This document shows positions 53,378 through 61,367 of a stretch of 64,000 nucleotides of DNA, piece by piece. Within the stretch, counting starts at the first letter, position 1. Each line of letters begins with the position of its first letter. The translations under genes and the position numbers were made by a program. Under the pieces are notes generated by a model. The model ran no database searches. It was given only the letters and a program-made list of their open reading frames with translations, and was not told the DNA's origin. Source of the stretch: Candidatus Micrarchaeota archaeon (GTDB taxonomy: Archaea; Micrarchaeota; Micrarchaeia; Burarchaeales; JACRGF01); NCBI GenBank assembly GCA_016212395.1, contig JACRGF010000062.1, positions 5,315-69,314 on the forward strand, read 5' to 3'.

Positions 53378-56300
53378 TTATACAAACGGCGCGCACAATC
53401 CTGTTGTTGCAGCGCACGTTACGTAATCGCCGATGGAGCGCACGTATATTCTCGATGAAATGATGAATTCTTCATCCAGCAAGTCTAAACGGGAATAGTC
53501 GCAGTAGAACGTCTTGCATTCTCCTTTTGATTCTTCATCGTTAGTTGAGGCGCATTCAAACGTATCAGCGTGATCAGGGCCGACTGCGTGGCTGCAGTCG
53601 AGGCTCGTGTAAACTTGCATCACGTCGATGGAATCGTCTATTTCTCCTGGCTCGAAGCCTTCCAGTCTTATTTCCACTTTTATTTCCTCATTTTTCCTTC
53701 CCGAACCGACTTGCACAATGCACTTTCTTCCTGAAACTCCGGAGTTTATAATGAAACTGTCCACTGCTGGAGTTGGCGAATCGAACCCTGGAGGCGGGTC
53801 AGCAGTCGCAGTGACTATGTAATTGCCCGCGCCCCACTCGCTGATGTCCCAAGAAATTGAATACTCGCCGTCAGCGTTAGTAGTCGTAGTGTGGTCTGTC
53901 GCTCCAGGGTGCACTCCACCGTCAGGCCCGACTATTGAAACTGTAACGAGAGCGCCTTCAATCGGAATTTCAGTTCCGTCCTCGTCAACGTAGTAAACTC
54001 TCCCTTGCGTGACAGCGTCTTCCTCTGTTCCTTCAGGGTAAGAGTGAGAGGCTGGAAGCACTTCAAGCGTGATGACAGTAGCAGTTCCAACGTGAGTGCG
54101 CACCTCGACAGGCACAGGCGGGCACACTAACTCGCCTGCGCTTGCTGAAACAGTTCCGGTTCCAGCAGTTGTTGCAGTGAAAGTAGACCTCGGGCCAGCA
54201 CTCGAGAATGTTCCCAACGCACTGCTCCAAGCGAGTGACGCCGGGCAACTGACTGCAATGCCCGCATCAGTCAAGCAGAAAGCACGGTAATGAAGAGAAT
54301 CGCCGACGTAAAGCACTGCATCGCCTGGAAGAATCGCGGTGCACGCGCCTGCGACAGGCTCGCCACCAATGCTTTCCACGAGCGTTGAACACTCTAACGC
54401 TTCACCAGAGTCAAGCACTCCGCTTGCAGTAACCGTTTCCCTTCCAACCCCGCTGGGGTTGAATTCTGTTGAAGGCGCGTTCGCAGCAGGAGTTGGGTTG
54501 AATGTGAACGTTCCAGCGAGCGAACCGCTGTCCCAATCGAACTGAGGACAGTCAATATCTTCTCCGCTTGAAGAAATGCATTCTGCTGAAAGCGAAATCG
54601 CTCCATTGTCAACGTCAACTGAAGACGGCTCTGCGCGCAATAGGCACACGCTTTCGCCAGGCGCTTCAAGCAACACTGGCAGAACGCATCCAGCGAACGG
54701 CTCAGAATCCGAACGCTCGACGTTAATCAAGCCTGCAGTTCCAACGCTTCCGTCAGCAGTCATTGAACTCGAAGGGCGAGCTGGAAGCGTTGCAGCACTC
54801 GTAGTTGCAGGGTTCATTCCACTGCTCGCAATGAAGTCGCTCACGCTCCACGACAACGCGGGACAGCTTACTTCCAAATCAACAGCGTTCAAACATTCAA
54901 CTGAAAATAATCTCGTGTCGCCCAAGCGCATCATCGCAGTATCTCCCACTCCGACGAAACGGCACGACGCTGCAACACCCGCGTCCGCAACTGTTACGGG
55001 AGTGCTGCAAGTTGCGAAACTCGCGCTCGAAGCAACAACCGTTCCATCACCAGCCGTCTCGCCGGTGAACGTGCTTCCAGCAAAACTTCCAACATCAGAA
55101 GAGTAAACGAAATCAGCAGGGCACGCTACACTCGCGCCGTTCTCAATGCAACTGATGCTCGCAGTTGCAGTCCCTCCGACAAGAACGCTTGGTGGAGTGA
55201 TTGAAACACTGCACTCGCGCACTGGAACGTTGCTTGAAGTTATCGGCGCAGAGCATTCGATTGGCACTCCACCCAGAGTAACTCGCGCGCCAACCCGCCC
55301 GCTTCCGATCGCGCTTGCAGTAAAGAGAGCACGCGAATTCGTTGTTCCTGAAAGACTGCCTGCAACACCCTCGCTGAACCACGCGAGCGAAGGCGGGCAA
55401 AAGCCAGTAGCAGAACCATACCCGCACAACACGCGGTATTCAGTTGGATCGTTGAGGACTACGTTGCTCGGGCCAGTAACTTCACACACTGGCCTGTCGC
55501 GCACGTTCAAAATCGCGCTGCACGGAAAACCACTGCCAAGCCCGAAAAGCATTGCACTCATTCCAGCAGCAGTTGGAGTCAACGAAACAGACGGACTGCG
55601 CGCTGAAGGCGAAGGGTTAGGAGCAATCGTTGCTGGAATTGCTGAAGTCCAAGTTAAAGAAGGGCAGTCAACTGAACTACCTCCAGTAGTGCAAGCAGCA
55701 GTGAAAGAAATAGAATCGCCAACAAAACCATTTACACTCGACGGAGTGAGCACGCACGAGTTGACAGGAACAGGGTTAACACGCACAGCGAGAACGCCAC
55801 AAGTTATAGTCTCACTCGGAGCAGTTGTCGGAACAACTGCTTGCGCGCTTAAAGTAAACAAACCATCCCGCGGAGGAATGAACGTCACGCTCGCGCCACT
55901 AGCACCGCTAAGAGAACCAGCAGCAGCTGGGGATACTGCCCACGAGCCTGAAAGCGCATTGCACGGAACAACCGCCCCGTCAACGCGCCTGCACACTACT
56001 GAATAAAAAGTGGGAGAACGGGCAATTATTGGAGAAGGCCCTTCGACAGCACACGTGTGGCGAGAGATTGTTGCAGTGCGAGTGCACGAAAAACTTCCGC
56101 TGTTCGCAGTAACAGTTCCACTGCCTGAAGCAGTAGCGACAAACGATGAAGACGGGCTTGCTCCAGCAGCAGTGCTCGCAGGGCTCATTGCGCTCGCCAC
56201 TGTTGAAACAGTCCACGACAACGCAGGGCACGAAACTGAAGCGCCCCTGCCAGTGCAACTCGCAGCAAAAGAAACAGTGTCACCAACGTGCAACGCACCT

Positions 56301-58771
56301 GAAGTAGTTTGAGACAACGTGCAAGCATCAGGAGCAGGAACAACTGCAGAAACCGCTTCACTGCACGTCGTGGCAATTCCGCTTAATGTTACACCAGCTT
56401 GAATAGTTCCACTGCTTACAGCAGAAGCGCGGAAATCAACTTGCGGGTCATGCTGGTTCTCGAAAGCTCCTGAAAGCCCAGCGCTCTTCGTCCACGAAAC
56501 AGCACCGCAACTCGCAGTGCTTCCATCACTAAGCCTGCACGCTGCCTGGAACGTTGACAGCACTCCAACTGCCAACGAACCTGCAGGAGAATGGGAAACA
56601 ATGCATGAAGGAAGATTTTGAACAGTCGCAGCAGCAGTGCACGAAAACGGAGATGCAAGAGTCGAACAACCGTTCGTAGTCTGCGTTGCAGTAACAGTAA
56701 TTGTAGCAGGAGTTGCTGGAGCAGTAAGCGTGCTTGAAGGAGACGCAGTAGTAGAACACGCAGTGCCCATTGTTCCTCCGTTGTTCGCACTCCACTGCAA
56801 CCTGCTGCACGTGACAGCAAAACCTAGAGAGTCAGCGCAAGTCGCAGTGAACGCCTGCGTTCCGCCAACGTAAAGAGTCGGGCTCGAAGGAGAAAGTGAA
56901 CAGCTTGCTGCAGGCCCGACAGTGTGCCTCACGGTAATAACAGCAGTGCACGGGGCAGTGAACGGAACTCCAGCATTGTTTGAATTCACTGAAAGAGTTA
57001 CAGAAGCGTCAGCTGAAGGCGCAGTGTAAGTTGAAGAAGCGCTTGCGCCAGCACTTGTTGGAGTAGGAGAAATTGTTCCAGAGCCTGAAGCAAGGCTTAA
57101 AGTCCAAGCCATCGTAGGACAATTTCTCGTAACACCTGCAGAATCCATGCACGTTGCAGTGAACGGTTGCGTTGCGCCATACTCGAGAGTGGATGTTGCT
57201 GGAGAAAGCACGCAACTCGTTGCAAGTGGAACAGGCGGTGCAGTAACTGTAATTGAAGCAGTGCACGGCGAAGCGAAAGGCTGGCTCGCGTCAGTAGAAG
57301 TGACGGACAACGTCGGGCTTACAGTCGAGCTCGGCGCAGTGTAAGTTGAACTCGGGCTTGCTCCAGCACTCGTCGGAGTGGGAGACATTGTTCCACGAGT
57401 TCCAGTACCGCTCAAACTCCAAGACAACGTCGGGCAGTTGACAGAATTCCCATCAGCATCCTCGCACGACGCAGTAAACGTTTGAGTGCCAGCGTAATAG
57501 AGTGGCGCAGAAGTTGGAGTAAGCGTGCAACTCGCAGCAGGCTCTGGCGGAGGCGCAGTGACAGTGATAGTGCACAATGGAACAGCGAGAGTCTGCGTCG
57601 GGTTAGTGGCAGTGCACGGGTTCTGCACGTCGTCATCATAAGAAACGTCAGCGTAAACATCATGAGTGCCAATAGAGCCTGAAGGAGCAGAGACAGTCGC
57701 TCCAGCTGAAGTAGTGTAAGTATGCGAACCACCACCCGGAACGTCGGCAGTAGTACTGTGCGATGCAGAAAAAGACAATGCTGCAGGAGCACGCCCACCA
57801 ATCGCCACTGGAACATCACGCAAAACAATGCCCGAAACATCAGCAGGAATTTCCCCTGAATTGCTCAAGCGAATAGAGTCGGAAAAAGAAACAGTAGAAC
57901 CAGCAACTATAGTTGAAGGAGTGCAACTGTGAGTGCGCGAAGAAAGCAAAGCGCCGTCACTCGCAGTAATCGCGTTGACAGTCATTGAATTGCCGGTAAG
58001 CGTGTACGCATCAACGTCGCCAGCTGTTTTTCGAGAGTAAACCCAGTAAACGTCCATATCGTCAGTCCTGTCCAAGTACGCGCGAGTGTACAACGCGCAA
58101 TCGTCTATCCTCAAATCAGAGTGAATAGTGTGCGCTCCAGCAGTTAAAGCAGTAGAGTAGGAAGGCGAAGACAATGGCAGGGCATACGTCGCGTCTGCAG
58201 CCCCGCCATCAACGTAAACTTTCGCGCTCCCGTAACACAGCACGTCAGCCTTGAAAGTCCCGCGCTCGCTCTGCTCTCCAGCACCTATCGGGTCCCACAT
58301 GTAATAACCGTAAATATCATGTTCTGTTGCCAAACTTGAAGAAGAACGGTCGTTCGCCACTAAGTTGCTGTAATCAGAAGAAGAAATCCACGTTACGAGC
58401 GGAGCTCCGGCAGTATAAGCACGGTCAGTGTCCCTGCACCTGTCATTCGAAAAATAACATGAAACTTCGCCAGTGCGCGAGTTCCAGCCCCAGTAATTAA
58501 CAGTATTTGAAGAAAGCGGGACGACAGAAATATCTTCGCCAGCACAAACAAAATCGTTGTTGTTCTTCGAGTCCCCGTCCTGCAAAACGCGAGTGTCTAC
58601 CGCAAAACGAACGTTGTCGATAGTAGCATACAACGCATCAGTCCGCGCAGGCCTGAACGTTACAACGCTCGTATAAGACGCCTGGCCTGCAGTCGCGAAA
58701 ACAATAGAAGAAAAAAAAACAAGCAAAAAAACAAACAATGCGAACACACGCGAACCCAACACGATCACCAA
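53378..58771 (-). CDS. 1797-aa secreted surface protein with ~12 tandem Cys-paired Ig-like (Big_2-like) repeats
   Basis: Signal-like N-terminus FALFVFLLVFFSSIVFATA. Repeats of ~95 aa such as SCTLTPTSAPLYYAGTQTFTASCEDADGNSVNCPTLSWSL...SPTPTSAGASPSSTYTAPS...CTASITVTAPP. A carboxypeptidase-regulatory-like segment (VTVSIVGPDGG...NADGEYSISW) lies near the C-terminus. Confidence 0.75.
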   Translation of the reverse strand: MVIVLGSRVFALFVFLLVFFSSIVFATAGQASYTSVVTFRPARTDALYATIDNVRFAVDTRVLQDGDSKNNNDFVCAGEDISVVPLSSNTVNYWGWNSRTGEVSCYFSNDRCRDTDRAYTAGAPLVTWISSSDYSNLVANDRSSSSLATEHDIYGYYMWDPIGAGEQSERGTFKADVLCYGSAKVYVDGGAADATYALPLSSPSYSTALTAGAHTIHSDLRIDDCALYTRAYLDRTDDMDVYWVYSRKTAGDVDAYTLTGNSMTVNAITASDGALLSSRTHSCTPSTIVAGSTVSFSDSIRLSNSGEIPADVSGIVLRDVPVAIGGRAPAALSFSASHSTTADVPGGGSHTYTTSAGATVSAPSGSIGTHDVYADVSYDDDVQNPCTATNPTQTLAVPLCTITVTAPPPEPAASCTLTPTSAPLYYAGTQTFTASCEDADGNSVNCPTLSWSLSGTGTRGTMSPTPTSAGASPSSTYTAPSSTVSPTLSVTSTDASQPFASPCTASITVTAPPVPLATSCVLSPATSTLEYGATQPFTATCMDSAGVTRNCPTMAWTLSLASGSGTISPTPTSAGASASSTYTAPSADASVTLSVNSNNAGVPFTAPCTAVITVRHTVGPAASCSLSPSSPTLYVGGTQAFTATCADSLGFAVTCSRLQWSANNGGTMGTACSTTASPSSTLTAPATPATITVTATQTTNGCSTLASPFSCTAAATVQNLPSCIVSHSPAGSLAVGVLSTFQAACRLSDGSTASCGAVSWTKSAGLSGAFENQHDPQVDFRASAVSSGTIQAGVTLSGIATTCSEAVSAVVPAPDACTLSQTTSGALHVGDTVSFAASCTGRGASVSCPALSWTVSTVASAMSPASTAAGASPSSSFVATASGSGTVTANSGSFSCTRTATISRHTCAVEGPSPIIARSPTFYSVVCRRVDGAVVPCNALSGSWAVSPAAAGSLSGASGASVTFIPPRDGLFTLSAQAVVPTTAPSETITCGVLAVRVNPVPVNSCVLTPSSVNGFVGDSISFTAACTTGGSSVDCPSLTWTSAIPATIAPNPSPSARSPSVSLTPTAAGMSAMLFGLGSGFPCSAILNVRDRPVCEVTGPSNVVLNDPTEYRVLCGYGSATGFCPPSLAWFSEGVAGSLSGTTNSRALFTASAIGSGRVGARVTLGGVPIECSAPITSSNVPVRECSVSITPPSVLVGGTATASISCIENGASVACPADFVYSSDVGSFAGSTFTGETAGDGTVVASSASFATCSTPVTVADAGVAASCRFVGVGDTAMMRLGDTRLFSVECLNAVDLEVSCPALSWSVSDFIASSGMNPATTSAATLPARPSSSMTADGSVGTAGLINVERSDSEPFAGCVLPVLLEAPGESVCLLRAEPSSVDVDNGAISLSAECISSSGEDIDCPQFDWDSGSLAGTFTFNPTPAANAPSTEFNPSGVGRETVTASGVLDSGEALECSTLVESIGGEPVAGACTAILPGDAVLYVGDSLHYRAFCLTDAGIAVSCPASLAWSSALGTFSSAGPRSTFTATTAGTGTVSASAGELVCPPVPVEVRTHVGTATVITLEVLPASHSYPEGTEEDAVTQGRVYYVDEDGTEIPIEGALVTVSIVGPDGGVHPGATDHTTTTNADGEYSISWDISEWGAGNYIVTATADPPPGFDSPTPAVDSFIINSGVSGRKCIVQVGSGRKNEEIKVEIRLEGFEPGEIDDSIDVMQVYTSLDCSHAVGPDHADTFECASTNDEESKGECKTFYCDYSRLDLLDEEFIISSRIYVRSIGDYVTCAATTGLCAPFV

Positions 58772-58871
58772 AACAAATTAACTCACGAGATACTCGCGCG
58801 CACAACAACACAAACTCATCATGTGGAAAAAAAAACAACAATTCAAAACTTCTAAACTCCGAAACGCTTAT

Positions 58872-61358
58872 TCAAAACTCATAACGAACGCCTAACATGA
58901 ATGCCGCAGCGTCGTTATCCGTTCCTTCAACTCCTGCTTTAACGCGCAGGCCTTCCAAGCCTTTAATTCCAGTTTCCGAAATTAAGTTATAACTCTGCGT
59001 GCCGTTGCCAGTTACGCTTACAGTAGCACACAAATGCGGAGTTTGAAACACTAAAACATCGGTGCCAACAGCAGCGCAAACGCTTACTGCACCGTACGGG
59101 TCAACACTGCCTGGAATGCTGGCAGTTCTTGGGACTATTGTAGCCCCGCCTTCGCCAGTAACTTCAATTGAAACAGGGCCAACGGTAAAATGAAGCAAAG
59201 ACGAGCTTACACCAATTTGGTGAGCGCTAATTCCATCAACTTGCCCAGAGTAACTGACTGATGAAACCGTCCTCAGCAAGTCAACAAAAAAATCCGTTAA
59301 ATATGCGTCATGCCCTTTGACCAAGTCTTCAATAGCGCGGTTCCAGCTCGTCCTGTCCGCACGCACTACGCGAGCGCCGAACGTCCAAGTTTCTCCTGCC
59401 TTTCCAAAGCGCAAGCTGATTTGAGGCGCTTGCCTTTCGCCAGTCATCTTGTCCAAGAGAAGAGTAACCTCTCCTTCAGCACCGAGAGTTTCATCCCGCT
59501 CTAAAGTAGGGCGCGATGTTTCAGAGTCTCTACCGAACAAATCAAAATTATAATCAGTGGTAGTGCCACTGCCGCGCAAACGCGCTTCCTTCAAACGCAC
59601 GACTGCAGTAACCCCGCCGTCCAGCCAAGTCGCTCCAGCTTCTGCGTACGTTGGGAGAAACACGCGCATCTGCAACTCTTTTTTTGAAGAGTGGAAAGAA
59701 ACGCCAGCTGCATCAACAAAAGCAGTGCCTTTGTGCGAGCGGAGTATTCCAATCAAGCCGCGCTGAGCTTCAATATCATTAGGGGATACTTGAAGCCTTG
59801 CAACATAACGCTTGAAATCCCCAAGTTCTGGCTGTGTAAAACCAACTTGTGAAGATAACAAATAGCTACTCGGAATCATTGCAAGCGCGTTGGCTGCACC
59901 CTGAACAGTTCCACTCTGGTATAAACGGTTGAATGCCCGCCCCCTCGCTTCATCAAAACCTAGAGAGTTAAGAATGCTTTCATTAAGGCCACCACCAGTA
60001 ATAACTTGAGTCGTGACAACAGGCGGTACATCAAAAACAAGAGGAGGCATTGAAGCAGCCGGAGTAGGCAAGACAGGCAAGCGCTCGACAGTCAACTCGC
60101 TTCTGGCATCGAACATTTCACGCATTCTTTCAAGCAACTCCGGAACAAACGGCTTCTGCACGACTATAGAGTATAATTCGTCAAACAAACCACGGTCGCG
60201 CGCAACGCGCGCTACTTGACGCTCGTCGAAAGAGCCAAGAGCACCACGGCCAGAGTCAGTTGCACGCACACGATCATAATCTGCCTGCAATTCGTCATTC
60301 CATGCTTCGAGATTGACAAGCCATGCAGAGTATACTGACAGCGCGCGACTTGATTCAGCGGGGAATACTATTGGCACATACCATTGCATGAAATCCATTA
60401 ATCGAAGGCACAGCGAGCCGAACTCTTGCACTGCCCCTATTTCAGACAAGTGCCTGTCGAAACCATGGATTTGCTGTTCCAAAACAGCGAGTGAAGAATT
60501 CAGGTCTTGCTTTAAAACAGTTGAAGTATTTACAAGCTGCGTTGATAACGCTTTTAACTTCGCTTGATTTTCAGAAGTGAGTTTGGCAACTGCATCTTCA
60601 TCGAACGTTGACAGGATAGTTCGAGCAACGAAAAAAGAGTGAACACGCTCCATTAAAGGAGTTCCACTTGAAAGCGCGGAATCAAGCAGGGAAGAAACTA
60701 CTTTGAAAAACGCTTCACCGGAATAAAGGCCAGCTGAAGCACGCACTTCATCGAAAACTTTCTTCAAATCAGCCAGCTGCTGGGACTGCACTGGGTTCAG
60801 CATGCTGTTTTCATTAAGAAAATTAAGCAAGTAAAGATGAGCAGATGCTTCTGAAAGCCGAGCTAAATCTTCTGAAGCAAGAGTTTCACCGGCACGCGTT
60901 TTTGCAAACAACTGGTCGAGCAACGACGCGAACGCTTCGAAATGTTTTTGAGGGTCATTCGTTTTGCGCCATTCCTCTAAAGTCTTTCGCGCTTCAGCAT
61001 CAAGCACAGTAAGAGCTGGAACAAGCTTGGCAAGGCGAGTAGGTTTTTTCTTTCCACGCCTGCCTGAAGCTGCCGGAACAGCTGCTGCTTTCTCAACTCT
61101 ATAAGCGGCTCTAAAAGCAAACAATGCATCGCCTCCGTTGGAATAAGTTCTATGAATGCCAGTATTTAAATGATTTGGATTTTCACTTCCGTCAGTATCA
61201 GCACGCGCAGGCAACGCAAATGCGACAACCAACGGCGCGACTAAAGGCAAAAAAGCTAAAGAGCGAAAACTAGGGCGAAGAACATTCCAGCATTTCCTAG
61301 CAAAACCAAGCGTTGCTGTAGAAGCACGCTGGCTCTCCCCACACTTTACAGAACTCAT
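58872..61358 (-). CDS. 828-aa secreted protein: helical N-terminal half, beta-rich C-terminal third ending ...FMLGVRYEF
   Basis: Signal-like LAFLPLVAPLVVAFALPARA. The C-terminal ~300 aa show short alternating hydrophobic strands separated by G/N/D turns. Confidence 0.65.
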   Translation of the reverse strand: MSSVKCGESQRASTATLGFARKCWNVLRPSFRSLAFLPLVAPLVVAFALPARADTDGSENPNHLNTGIHRTYSNGGDALFAFRAAYRVEKAAAVPAASGRRGKKKPTRLAKLVPALTVLDAEARKTLEEWRKTNDPQKHFEAFASLLDQLFAKTRAGETLASEDLARLSEASAHLYLLNFLNENSMLNPVQSQQLADLKKVFDEVRASAGLYSGEAFFKVVSSLLDSALSSGTPLMERVHSFFVARTILSTFDEDAVAKLTSENQAKLKALSTQLVNTSTVLKQDLNSSLAVLEQQIHGFDRHLSEIGAVQEFGSLCLRLMDFMQWYVPIVFPAESSRALSVYSAWLVNLEAWNDELQADYDRVRATDSGRGALGSFDERQVARVARDRGLFDELYSIVVQKPFVPELLERMREMFDARSELTVERLPVLPTPAASMPPLVFDVPPVVTTQVITGGGLNESILNSLGFDEARGRAFNRLYQSGTVQGAANALAMIPSSYLLSSQVGFTQPELGDFKRYVARLQVSPNDIEAQRGLIGILRSHKGTAFVDAAGVSFHSSKKELQMRVFLPTYAEAGATWLDGGVTAVVRLKEARLRGSGTTTDYNFDLFGRDSETSRPTLERDETLGAEGEVTLLLDKMTGERQAPQISLRFGKAGETWTFGARVVRADRTSWNRAIEDLVKGHDAYLTDFFVDLLRTVSSVSYSGQVDGISAHQIGVSSSLLHFTVGPVSIEVTGEGGATIVPRTASIPGSVDPYGAVSVCAAVGTDVLVFQTPHLCATVSVTGNGTQSYNLISETGIKGLEGLRVKAGVEGTDNDAAAFMLGVRYEF

Positions 61359-61367
61359 AAACGCGAA

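Noticed and set aside
55146-56006. 286-aa and other plus-strand ORFs inside the 1797-aa gene, and the 310-aa ORF at 62782-63714
   Set aside because: They are antisense to long ORFs that have repeat-domain structure and signal sequences. Their own translations are low-complexity Ala/Thr/Pro/Arg strings.
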